Virus record (IMG/VR): IMGVR_UViG_3300035681_000018
Coordinates: 6,616-70,615 of that record
Source of the DNA: a virus
Strand: one strand, 5' to 3'
DNA: 64,000 nt
In this document: piece after piece, positions 17,343 through 25,563 of the stretch
Position numbering within the stretch: position 1 is the first letter of the stretch
How the letters are laid out: each line of letters begins with the position of its first letter
The notes under the pieces: generated by a model
Databases searched by the model: none
What the model saw: only the letters and a program-made list of their open reading frames with translations
What the model was told of the DNA's origin: nothing
Program-made: the position numbers and the translations under genes

Positions 17343-17606
17343 ATGGGCGGTGATCCAGTCCTTAACAAATTAATTGCTGGGTTTACCCAGGATGGAACTC
17401 CTCTTTCCGCAACGATTGGTTCCAAGATGGAGCATGGTGTTGTCATCTTGACAGCAGCCATGCTTTCTAATGAAAACCTTGCGGCATCAATGGATGCAGA
17501 AGAGATGGTAGATGCTGCCATCAATTACTACAACATTATTCAAAAACGTCTTGGTTATTACCAAGAGCATCAAGCCCATTCATTAGAGCGTCTATTAAAT
17601 AACTAA
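17343..17606 (+). CDS. hypothetical protein
   Basis: AGGAG SD, TACAAT upstream. Confidence 0.7.
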   Translation: MGGDPVLNKLIAGFTQDGTPLSATIGSKMEHGVVILTAAMLSNENLAASMDAEEMVDAAINYYNIIQKRLGYYQEHQAHSLERLLNN

Positions 17607-17607
17607 A

Positions 17608-17973
17608 ATGCCTGACGTATTTGGTACGCCGCAAGATAAAGCAGCTAATACTGCTAGTAGATTGGCTAGTCGTTACGATGCCAATACTGCATGGAATTCT
17701 TTAGATGCAACATCTCCTTGGCAACTTGGAGGTGATCGTTTTGCGCAATACAGTCAACACCTTCCGCGTCGAGGTTATAGTCAAATTAATATTTCTGTAA
17801 ACCCAAGCGATATTGAAATTGATCGTACTAGTGTTTCTTCCCCACGTGTGGACATATCCTCTTCTTCCTTGGGACCAGGAGAAGTCATGCGTATGGCACA
17901 AAAGTTTCCTAGCGTTATGCAAGATACTGTAATGAATCCAATCAAAAAACTTGCCGGTAAATTCATGGTGTAG
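17608..17973 (+). CDS. hypothetical protein
   Basis: 121-aa ORF. Confidence 0.55.
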   Translation: MPDVFGTPQDKAANTASRLASRYDANTAWNSLDATSPWQLGGDRFAQYSQHLPRRGYSQINISVNPSDIEIDRTSVSSPRVDISSSSLGPGEVMRMAQKFPSVMQDTVMNPIKKLAGKFMV

Positions 17974-18016
17974 CTTCCAAAAATCTGGTAGGCTGGAACC
18001 GTCATCATCACTAGCA

Positions 18017-18211
18017 ATGGACCCTGTCTACGTACCTAAGCTCACCGTCTCATACACGGTTGACGTCGAGGTAGCTTACAACACTTTCAATGGCAAAACT
18101 GCCGATGAAATAGCTGACTTCATTCAAGACGAAATGCATGACATGTTATTTGACATTGAGCAAGTAACCGGTGTAACCTCTGATAACACTGCCCTTTACT
18201 TCAACGACTGA
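18017..18211 (+). CDS. hypothetical protein
   Basis: ATG 18017, coupled to the next gene. Confidence 0.55.
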   Translation: MDPVYVPKLTVSYTVDVEVAYNTFNGKTADEIADFIQDEMHDMLFDIEQVTGVTSDNTALYFND

Positions 18212-18462
18212 TGATGAACACCGATTACCTCCGTGACTTTGATCACAAGGAAGAAGCTAAAAAACAAATCTTCCTTGATCACATGTACAAGTGTTCGGGA
18301 CGCGAAGATCCCAGTCATTCAATGCACAGTCTGTACACTGGGTTGTACCAAGACTTTTGCATAAGGGAAGCTGGTCCTCTTGCTCGTGAACGTTGGTTTG
18401 AAATGCAAGAAGCCATTCGCCTTTATCATGAAAAAAAACTACAGCCTGTCATTCTTGACTGA
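18211..18462 (+). CDS. hypothetical cyanophage protein
   Basis: FLDHMY..SGR.DP.H.MH..YTGLYQ motif. Confidence 0.65.
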   Translation: MMNTDYLRDFDHKEEAKKQIFLDHMYKCSGREDPSHSMHSLYTGLYQDFCIREAGPLARERWFEMQEAIRLYHEKKLQPVILD

Positions 18463-18812
18463 TGGAACATCCTCATGAACCCGTAGATGCCATCAAAGGT
18501 TGGCAAGACTGGTACAAAAAACACAGAATTGTTGCACAAATGGATAAGCCTCTAGTGACTAAAGATTCACGTGAGAACCTGCACGACACTACTGACGCTG
18601 TTGATAGTGCAGCCAAGGTAATGTGGATGAGCAAAGCTCAGGAACACTTTGCTGACACCCTTGCTGAATTCCAGTACGAACTTTCTGGTAAAGATTTGTA
18701 CAAAGCTTTTTATAAAGCTGCGTATGAAAACGCAGAGGCTGCTCGTAAAGAATATGAAAAGACAAAAGAGTTGATGGACATGCTTCGTTACAGCAACCTT
18801 GGACAAGATTGA
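18462..18812 (+). CDS. hypothetical protein
   Basis: 116-aa ORF. Confidence 0.65.
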   Translation: MEHPHEPVDAIKGWQDWYKKHRIVAQMDKPLVTKDSRENLHDTTDAVDSAAKVMWMSKAQEHFADTLAEFQYELSGKDLYKAFYKAAYENAEAARKEYEKTKELMDMLRYSNLGQD

Positions 18813-19051
18813 TGGTGCGTTCCAGGGATCCTGAATATCCTGCGTGGATCTGCCATAGCTGTGGCGAGACCTATGGCACGTGGTACAAACGCGGCTCATA
18901 CGTTGGGCCGCCCCATCACTGCGCAACCTTTCATAAGGGAACTTGTGAGATGTGTGAAGCAGAAGATGCGCTTGTCACCGAGCCTCGAGACTATGGGCAT
19001 CTACGTGCGGATTGGAGGCGTGCCATCATACAAAGTAAAAACTCCCAGTAA
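18812..19051 (+). CDS. Zn-finger protein
   Basis: WICHSCG...GTCEMC...TEPRDYG. Confidence 0.6.
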   Translation: MVRSRDPEYPAWICHSCGETYGTWYKRGSYVGPPHHCATFHKGTCEMCEAEDALVTEPRDYGHLRADWRRAIIQSKNSQ

Positions 19052-19088
19052 ATCAATGCGATAATAAAGAATATATAGATTAAATAAC

Positions 19089-20411
19089 ATGCCGTTATAT
19101 AGAGACCCAAGTCGTAAAGATCTTCTTTATGAAGTTATCAAAGTACAGACGTGTAGTGGAGAACCACTAGAAGTCACAACGGCAAGTGGTACAAGTACTT
19201 ACGTGCAACCTGCAGGAATGGCAGGAGATGCATTTGGACGTACGCGTGTATCAGCACCTCTGACCCTATTTGATTCAAGCCATCGTTATAACGACAATGG
19301 ATTGTGGTCTACCTCCAGTGGTACTGGTGGCACGTTTGTATTTAATGAAAACCAAGGCCTTGTTGATCTCAATGTAACCACTACATCTGGTTCTGAGATC
19401 ATCAGAGAAACCAACAAGGTCTGTTCATATCAACCAGGGAAATCCCTGTTGTTTATGTCGACCTTTGTCATGAATGCGGCAAAGACAAACCTACGGCAAC
19501 GGGTCGGTTACTATGGTGCTGCTAATGGCATGTACTTAGAAGTCAGTGGTACCACAGAACCAGTCTTGGTTGAACGTAGTTCTGTAAGTGGAAGCCTTGC
19601 TGAAACACGAGTAGCACAAGCCAACTGGAACATTGACAAACTAGATGGCAATGGACCTTCAGGTTTTACGCTTGATCTCACCAAAGCACAGATCCTTTGG
19701 TTTGATATTGAATGGCTTGGCCTTGGTACTGTACGTGCAGGGTTTGTCATCAACGGTGCATTCATTCACTGCCATTCATTCCATCACGCCAATCTAATTA
19801 CATCCACTTATATAACAACGGCATCTTTGCCGTTGCGTTATGAAATTACTAATGTAGGTACTACGGCAAGCAACAGTACTTTAAAGCAAGTTTGTTCGAC
19901 AGTCCTATCAGAAGGCGGATATGAACTGCGTGGAGCACAGTCTGCCATTGGTACTCCGATTGCATCACCACGTGATTTAACAAGCGCTTCTACGGATTAT
20001 CCTGTTATTTCTATTCGTCTCAAATCAACACGCCTTGATGCAATTGTTATTTTGACCGCCCTATCAATCATGGGTATTACCAACAATGCAAACTACAACT
20101 GGAAAGTAATTGCCGGTGGTACAACCACAGCTGGATCATGGGCTACTACTGGAGCAGCTTCTTCGGTTGAATATAACATTACTGGCACTTCCTTTACCAT
20201 AGGAACAGGACGTGTGTTAGCAAGTGGTTTTACCAACGGTTCTAACCAAGGTTCAACTGTTATTGATATCCTGAAAGAAGCTTTGTTTTCATTCCAGTTA
20301 GAGCGTAATGGTCTTACTAGTACTGCAATAGAATTGACCTTGGCATGCAGCAGTGCATCTGCTGGAGCTGATGTCCTTTCTTCCATGGACTGGGAAGAAA
20401 TCTCGAGATGA
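19089..20411 (+). CDS. putative virion structural protein (beta-rich)
   Basis: DAFGRTRVS.P.TLFDS, YQPGKS, DIEWLGLG motifs; Thr/Ser-rich. Confidence 0.6.
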   Translation: MPLYRDPSRKDLLYEVIKVQTCSGEPLEVTTASGTSTYVQPAGMAGDAFGRTRVSAPLTLFDSSHRYNDNGLWSTSSGTGGTFVFNENQGLVDLNVTTTSGSEIIRETNKVCSYQPGKSLLFMSTFVMNAAKTNLRQRVGYYGAANGMYLEVSGTTEPVLVERSSVSGSLAETRVAQANWNIDKLDGNGPSGFTLDLTKAQILWFDIEWLGLGTVRAGFVINGAFIHCHSFHHANLITSTYITTASLPLRYEITNVGTTASNSTLKQVCSTVLSEGGYELRGAQSAIGTPIASPRDLTSASTDYPVISIRLKSTRLDAIVILTALSIMGITNNANYNWKVIAGGTTTAGSWATTGAASSVEYNITGTSFTIGTGRVLASGFTNGSNQGSTVIDILKEALFSFQLERNGLTSTAIELTLACSSASAGADVLSSMDWEEISR

Positions 20412-20456
20412 GTCGTTGATTTGTTTTTGATAAACTAGAACTATTGATTAAAAGCT

Positions 20457-21020
20457 ATGTATACCCCTGGTCCTCAAACGCAACAACCACCCCAGATGGG
20501 GGTAGAACCACTCAATTCTGGGGTAACTCCAGAGCCTCAAGCAAAGCCTAAAGCCCCTGGTAAAAGCAAGGGAAATGATGTGGGTGGTTTTATCCAGCAG
20601 TTGATTGGACTAATGGCTTATGTGCATCAGCTTCAGGTGCAGTCACACCTCATTCATTTCAACTACGAGGGTTCTAACTTCCTAGGTGTACACAAGTTCC
20701 TAGGCAAACAATACGAAGCTCATCAAGATCAATTTGATAAGTTAGGTGAGTTTATTCGTTCAATGGACTACTTATTACCTTCTTGCCACAATGGCTTAAT
20801 GGAAGCAAGTCCTGAATTCAAACACTGCACCAGCTATAAACCAGGTGAAATGCTGGGTGTTTACTATAAAAACCTTGAAGAGCTGGGCATGAAAACCAAA
20901 AAGCTAGAGCCCATTGCCGCCAAAGTTGGTGCCATTGATATTCAGAACTACATGGCTGAGCTGTGTGGTGAAGCCTTCAAAGCTGCTTGGATGATTAAAG
21001 CTTCTCTTCGAAATGGGTAA
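20457..21020 (+). CDS. dps: Dps/ferritin-like protein
   Basis: HLIHFNYEG.NF..VH..L..QY....D.LGEFIR, C-terminal KAAWMI. Confidence 0.75.
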   Translation: MYTPGPQTQQPPQMGVEPLNSGVTPEPQAKPKAPGKSKGNDVGGFIQQLIGLMAYVHQLQVQSHLIHFNYEGSNFLGVHKFLGKQYEAHQDQFDKLGEFIRSMDYLLPSCHNGLMEASPEFKHCTSYKPGEMLGVYYKNLEELGMKTKKLEPIAAKVGAIDIQNYMAELCGEAFKAAWMIKASLRNG

Positions 21021-21255
21021 GACGGTGGCAATTGCAGCAAAGCGGGATGCACTTCTCGATTTCTGCTTCTACTCGCTTCCAGGAATAACCGTGGTTCACC
21101 ATGGATGAGATGTTATTGTCCTTGTCACCTATGTGGTGGAACTCAAGGACACGATGATCATTCAGCCCACACTTCTTGCACTGCAAAGTCTTCTTGTACT
21201 CCAGAAGCTTCTGTCGATTCTTATCGATACGTTTTTTAGCAGTGCTCCATGTCAC
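20995..21255 (-). CDS. small HNH endonuclease
   Basis: CKKCG...LEFHH...LCCNCHR. Confidence 0.75.
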   Translation of the reverse strand: MTWSTAKKRIDKNRQKLLEYKKTLQCKKCGLNDHRVLEFHHIGDKDNNISSMVNHGYSWKRVEAEIEKCIPLCCNCHRLTHFEEKL

Positions 21256-21329
21256 GTCTAGTTTTTGTGCACGTGTACCTATAATTTATCAGTTTTCTCA
21301 ATAAACGTGGTTTATTAAGATTCTTAATA

Positions 21330-21405
21330 GCACCTGGGTAGGAGTCGAACCTACATCGTCCTGCAGCGGCAGTAACCGTCTTATCCAATTAGCTCGGACC
21401 AGGTG
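21330..21405 (-). ncRNA. tRNA-like element with aberrant D and anticodon arms
   Basis: Perfect acceptor CACCTGG/CCAGGTG and T-arm GTAGG-TTCGACT-CCTAC; no 7-nt anticodon loop. Confidence 0.6.
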
Positions 21406-21406
21406 A

Positions 21407-21480
21407 TCGGAGATGCAGGATTTGAACCTGCGACCCATTGCTCCCAAAGCAATTGCGCTACCAAGCTGCGCTAATCCCCG
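21407..21480 (-). tRNA. trnP: tRNA-Pro(UGG), no encoded CCA
   Basis: CGGGGAT/ATCTCCG acceptor, ATTGC-TTTGGGA-GCAAT anticodon arm, GCAGG-TTCAAAT-CCTGC T-arm. Confidence 0.92.
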
Positions 21481-21484
21481 AGTG

Positions 21485-21702
21485 ACCCCCAGGTTTGTGC
21501 ATCATCCTGAAAACCATTTTGTTGACGTCAACAAAATGGTCTACGTATAGGAGCTAAGCATAGGGGGTGTTGTTAATAGATGGATGCAGTGTAACTGGCG
21601 TACCGACAATCGGGCTGTGAATTAACCAGGCGTATCCAGACAGTGACTGCACCTCTATCTTGGGCTCTCCTTCTAGACTATTTGCCTAACGAGTCACCCA
21701 AG
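21485..21702 (-). ncRNA. three consecutive structured RNA domains upstream of the tRNAs
   Basis: Closing stems ACCCCC/GGGGGT, ATAGA..TGCAGT/ACTGCA..TCTAT and CTTGGG/CCCAAG; no ORF. Confidence 0.5.
21513..21540. repeat. perfect 28-bp palindrome
   Basis: ACCATTTTGTTGACGTCAACAAAATGGT is its own reverse complement. Confidence 0.95.
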
Positions 21703-21736
21703 CTGCCCCATCAGAAAGAGAGGGGGAACTCAATTA

Positions 21737-22408
21737 TTATACATCTTCATTAGGTGTTCTCCAAAAGTACTCATCGTTTTCTCCAAGACGACCCCACTTG
21801 GGGGCGTGTTCTACATCAAAGTAGCGTGTTGATACCTTGAAGTCTGGTGTCTTGAGATTGTGATAACTCAATGATGGATCAACCATGCGACACCGATTGT
21901 TGGGATAAGCGCCAATTTGACCGTTGTCCAAAGCCACAATGTTATGGGATTTGTGCTCATCAGGAAACTCCGAGAAGTAAAAATCAGGTTCGTTCCTATG
22001 AGGATGATAGTTGTCTACGGTAAATAAATATGTGCCCTTCATTACACCTGCGCTTCGTGTCAGGACTTCAAAACCCATGTTGAAGATTAAATTTTTTTCA
22101 ACGACCGTAAGTCCATGGTCAAACCCATTCCAGAACTGAAGGTCGGTTAGCTCCAGGTCAGGTGTAGGTTCTTTGGGTTTATCTGGATAGTCTGAGTCCC
22201 ATGCAAGAAATGCACTGATAGGAAGCTTGTCATATAGTGCTCCATACTCAGTTAAGTACGTTTCAAACTGTAATGCTCGACCAGTTAAAGATTTACAAGT
22301 TACCCAGTAACCTGGAGTGTACTCACCATGTCCATCTCTTAAGTCTCGAAGATATTCTCGGCGAACCCATACTTTAATTGGCGGAACGTTGGCAACAAGA
22401 GTTGTCAT
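21737..22408 (-). CDS. conserved cyanophage hypothetical protein
   Basis: LVANVPP.KVWVRREYL.D...GALYDKLPISAF...EHKS.N..L.NGQ..YPNNR. Confidence 0.75.
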   Translation of the reverse strand: MTTLVANVPPIKVWVRREYLRDLRDGHGEYTPGYWVTCKSLTGRALQFETYLTEYGALYDKLPISAFLAWDSDYPDKPKEPTPDLELTDLQFWNGFDHGLTVVEKNLIFNMGFEVLTRSAGVMKGTYLFTVDNYHPHRNEPDFYFSEFPDEHKSHNIVALDNGQIGAYPNNRCRMVDPSLSYHNLKTPDFKVSTRYFDVEHAPKWGRLGENDEYFWRTPNEDV

Positions 22409-22808
22409 GTGTTTTTAAATAAGTAGAGGCAAGAATTAACAACGCAGGGTCGTCATCAAAAAAACCGATCCCAGCGTTGCACTTAGCACATAATAGCCCT
22501 CTGACAACTCCAGTGGCATGGCAATGGTCTACAACTAAAGAATCATTCCTGCCTCTAGCTTTTGGATGCTGCTTGCAACAAGCACATAAACCTTGTTGAC
22601 GTTTTTCCATTTCTTTATATTGTTGTTTTGATATTCCATATTTTTTTTCAATATCTTTCCAACGTTTTATGTTAATGTAATGTACTTTGTTATTTTCTTT
22701 ATAACAATCTTTGCACCAACAAGTATGTCCATCTGAATATCGTTTGTCTATCCGAAAAAACTGTAAAGATAGCTCTTTGCGGCAACGGCTACAAGTTTTA
22801 GTACCCAC
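22374..22808 (-). CDS. Endonuclease VII-like homing endonuclease
   Basis: KYGIS...Q.G.CACC...VDHCHATG.VRGLLC..CN.GIG.F.D. Confidence 0.85.
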   Translation of the reverse strand: MGTKTCSRCRKELSLQFFRIDKRYSDGHTCWCKDCYKENNKVHYINIKRWKDIEKKYGISKQQYKEMEKRQQGLCACCKQHPKARGRNDSLVVDHCHATGVVRGLLCAKCNAGIGFFDDDPALLILASTYLKTHDNSCCQRSAN

Positions 22809-22834
22809 AAAAAATCCCGGTGTAATACCGGGAT
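22809..22834 (-). terminator. intrinsic terminator
   Basis: ATCCCGGT-ATTAC-ACCGGGAT followed by TTTTT on - strand. Confidence 0.75.
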
Positions 22835-22941
22835 CATAGCTTCCTTCTCACCCAACTTGTTGCTAAGCACTACGTCTGTAACGTGAAGGAGCTTTCGACT
22901 ATTGGCTCCAGAGCGGTATTGCTCTGTATGTCAGGATACCA

Positions 22942-23109
22942 TCATTTCTTCTTCTTTGCGGCTGCTTCCTTTTTCTTGGCAATCATCTCTTTAAACTTGT
23001 CGCGTGCAGCAGCTTGCTTGTCGGTACCACCTGTTTTGCCCTTGGGAGGTACGGCTTTACCCTTGGGAGGTACGGCTTTGCCGCCTGCAGGTTTCTTAGC
23101 TTGTGCCAT
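22942..23109 (-). CDS. 55-aa Lys/Ala-rich basic protein
   Basis: MAQAKKPAGGKAVPPKGKAVPPKGK...KKKEAAAKKKK, 21-bp tandem repeat; not in ORF track. Confidence 0.7.
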   Translation of the reverse strand: MAQAKKPAGGKAVPPKGKAVPPKGKTGGTDKQAAARDKFKEMIAKKKEAAAKKKK

Positions 23110-23139
23110 GATTGTTAAGTAACTCTTTTGATTATAAAG

Positions 23140-23340
23140 TTACTTACCTTCTTTGTAACGACGAGCGGCACGCCCAGCTTTCTTGGCACGTTCAGTGTTA
23201 GGTACAAATTGTTTCCCTTCTCTACTACCAGCTCTTTTCTTTTGGTCGGTCTCCGCACGTTCTTCTTTAGACAGTGATGCCCAAGCTTTCTCTGGTAGGT
23301 AACGCTTGGTGTATCCTTTTTGAATTGCTTTGTCTGCCAT
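23140..23340 (-). CDS. DUF5872-like C-terminal half
   Basis: TKRYLPEKAWASLS.EER..T..KKR.GS..GKQFV.NT. Confidence 0.7.
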   Translation of the reverse strand: MADKAIQKGYTKRYLPEKAWASLSKEERAETDQKKRAGSREGKQFVPNTERAKKAGRAARRYKEGK

Positions 23341-23342
23341 AA

Positions 23343-24263
23343 TTAAGGAATATTGATAGGGTACATAAACGATTTATCTGGCATTTTCATTACAATTGAA
23401 CGACCAAAAAATGTAAGTGGATGTGCACTAGGTGGAGGAGCGGCGCCATTGGGCAATCCCATTCCTGTTACTGAAGTTAAAGCCGCTTCTTGAGAGGGAT
23501 TTAGTGGGGCAATTCCACCAGGAAGTTGTTGCATGGGAACTTTTCTATCTGCAGCACCGTAAACAAAATCATATTTCTCGTCTGCAGTATAACCTTTTTT
23601 GTCGGGACTAAACCAAACATTACCAAAAGAAGTAGCAGGCGAAGTTAAAGGATTATTCTCAGTTGAAGTTGAATAAGGGGTATAGGGAATATCGCCTGTT
23701 CGCATTCTTTTTATTCTGCTCCTTGTTTCAGCTAATGCATTATTTGCAAATTTACGCATTTCAGGCGAATTCATGCCTGCAGCATTCGGAGAGTTCAAGA
23801 TAGTACTCAAAGTTTTTTCTTCTTCTATGGAATCAGTAAGAAGTTTTTGGAAATAATCAGGTTTAGCTATGGCTGTACCAACTTGTTTTGTCATGGCTTC
23901 TGGTATTTCTAGGCCAGTTGCGCCGATGCCGGTGTAATACCTGCCAAAAAGATTTGCGCTAAAAGGTAATGCATTCAATCCTCTTGATACGGTTTGTTGA
24001 ACTACAGGAGAAGCAGCTTGCAATGTTCTTTCCACAACAGGCTGTGCCTTTGCAACACCGGTAGCTGCCGCATCAATTAAAGCTGCTTTTCTGCGATCAA
24101 AATCAGATGGCTGTTGGTTTTTGGGAAGACCAGACCTTTGAAATGCTGCACCAATTGGAGTTGCTGCTCCCCCAGGTAATAACCCACCAAACACATTTTT
24201 ATCTACCTGACCGTAACCACGATTTACGCGATTAAGAAATTTTTGAAAGAAATCGCCCATCAC
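23343..24263 (-). CDS. hypothetical, possibly virion-associated protein
   Basis: 306-aa ORF between the two DUF5872-like halves. Confidence 0.65.
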   Translation of the reverse strand: MMGDFFQKFLNRVNRGYGQVDKNVFGGLLPGGAATPIGAAFQRSGLPKNQQPSDFDRRKAALIDAAATGVAKAQPVVERTLQAASPVVQQTVSRGLNALPFSANLFGRYYTGIGATGLEIPEAMTKQVGTAIAKPDYFQKLLTDSIEEEKTLSTILNSPNAAGMNSPEMRKFANNALAETRSRIKRMRTGDIPYTPYSTSTENNPLTSPATSFGNVWFSPDKKGYTADEKYDFVYGAADRKVPMQQLPGGIAPLNPSQEAALTSVTGMGLPNGAAPPPSAHPLTFFGRSIVMKMPDKSFMYPINIP

Positions 24264-24571
24264 TTACTCTCTTTATATTTCTTGGCAGCAGCTTTAGCCT
24301 TACTACGTTTTTCATACTCATTTTTGGTCTGCCACTTTTCTTCGCCCCATTTCTCCAAAGACTTTTGTTTCTCACCCTTGCCACCTTTATATCCACCACC
24401 TGCTTCTTTGTACTCACTTGCGACAAGCTGAGCCTTACGCGCCGAAATAATTAGTTAGCCTTACGGCTACGACCATTCTCCCGGTTTACCCCCACGGCCT
24501 TCCCGCATAACTTTGTTTTTGATGCGCTCACGCAAGTCTGGTTTTGTGTACTTGCTTTTGTCTTCAGCCAT
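24260..24571 (-). CDS. DUF5872-like N-terminal half interrupted by a 27-nt in-frame coding gap (candidate translational bypass, 94-aa product)
   Basis: MAEDKSKYTKPDLRERIK...GGKPGEWS [27 nt with 3 stops] ARKAQLVASEYKEAGGGYKG...QKSLEKWGEEKWQT; GAGGAAG SD; missed by ORF track. Confidence 0.75.
24443..24472 (-). other. T4 gene 60-like ribosomal bypass element
   Basis: UCG (24472-70), UAG, hairpin UAGCC-GUAA-GGCUA, ACUA-AUUAUU, matched UCG (24445-43). Confidence 0.7.
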
Positions 24572-25172
24572 AACTTCCTCGTTCTTTAAGATAAGTGACT
24601 GCGTTTGTCAATACATCTATATTATCACCAAATAAACCTAGGGCTCTATTGCACTCTTTGCACAATAAACCTCTGAACTCATTGGTTTGATGATTATGGT
24701 CCATGGCTAAAGATTGTTTATCCTTAGGAGGCTCTTGGCAAATTGCGCATAAACCTTCCTGTGCCTCAAACACAATGTCGTATTGTTCTTTTGTTATCTT
24801 TCTGCGTTCGTATTTTTTGTGGTTGTGATGCAATAAATCTTGCCCTTGTTTTTTAACTTTTTGATAATGTTCTTTGTTATTATCTACCCATTTATTCCAG
24901 GTTATTCTGTTACAGGTTTTGCATGAAGAATGAAGATATAATTTCCCATCTTGTTTGCGTCTTCTAAAGCAATCCCAATCTAAATAATGAGCACATTTAG
25001 AACATTGTTTTTGGCCGTCTGCTCCATACAAAAGCCTAAATCGACGATTGACTAAAGATCTGCAATCCTTGCATACGCTGTCTCTTTTTATATTGCCGGC
25101 TGAGTTGTACCCTTTGTTTGCAAAATTTTCATACGGCTTTCTAGTTCCGCATTCCCGGCAAAGCTTTTGCAT
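24564..25172 (-). CDS. Endonuclease VII-like homing endonuclease with two Zn-finger repeats
   Basis: CRECG..CKDC, CSKC..CKTC, Q.GLCAIC...MDHNHQTNEFRGLLCKECNRALG. Confidence 0.85.
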   Translation of the reverse strand: MQKLCRECGTRKPYENFANKGYNSAGNIKRDSVCKDCRSLVNRRFRLLYGADGQKQCSKCAHYLDWDCFRRRKQDGKLYLHSSCKTCNRITWNKWVDNNKEHYQKVKKQGQDLLHHNHKKYERRKITKEQYDIVFEAQEGLCAICQEPPKDKQSLAMDHNHQTNEFRGLLCKECNRALGLFGDNIDVLTNAVTYLKERGSYG

Positions 25173-25207
25173 TGGTTGGTTTGTGCTTTTCTTACTATAG
25201 CACAAAA

Positions 25208-25304
25208 TCACTGCCCAGGTTTTCCACCTTTAGATCCTGCCATCACGCGATCTTTAATATGTTCGCGTAATTCAGGCTTAGTGTATTTATTTTTTTTCTG
25301 ACAT
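25208..25304 (-). pseudogene. decayed duplicate N-terminus of the DUF5872-like gene
   Basis: MSEK-(frameshift in A8)-KYTKPELREHIKDRVMAGSKGGKPGQ-TGA; ends at the conserved Trp position. Confidence 0.8.
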
Positions 25305-25305
25305 G

Positions 25306-25563
25306 TCAAATAAATGAATTAGGTGTTTTTAAACGAATATTAGTTGGTCTACCTGCACCAAGATTAGGCACAAATGTTTTCATTTGTTCATCATATTTAA
25401 CCGGAGTACTTGGCCCTTGATTAACCTGGGATAGTTCAAAGCTATTTTGTTGAAGAATACTGTTTAAAAAATTATTAAACGGTTGTGTAGGATTGTAAGT
25501 TTCAACTCCACCAAGGGAAACCTGAAAGGGAGTTGACAAACCATATATGTTTAAAGGTTGCAT
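25306..25563 (-). CDS. hypothetical protein
   Basis: 85-aa ORF. Confidence 0.5.
   Translation of the reverse strand: MQPLNIYGLSTPFQVSLGGVETYNPTQPFNNFLNSILQQNSFELSQVNQGPSTPVKYDEQMKTFVPNLGAGRPTNIRLKTPNSFI

Noticed and set aside
21330-21405. tmRNA or a functional canonical tRNA
   Set aside because: No G3-U70 pair, no tag ORF and no 7-nt anticodon loop.
24443-24469. Stop-codon reassignment or readthrough as the explanation of the in-frame stops
   Set aside because: The gap contains one UAG and two UAA codons, both stops end normal genes throughout the window, and no suppressor tRNA is present.
24564-25211. Group I intron carrying the endonuclease
   Set aside because: The flanks are too short for a ribozyme core, and the target N-terminus is duplicated rather than split into exons.
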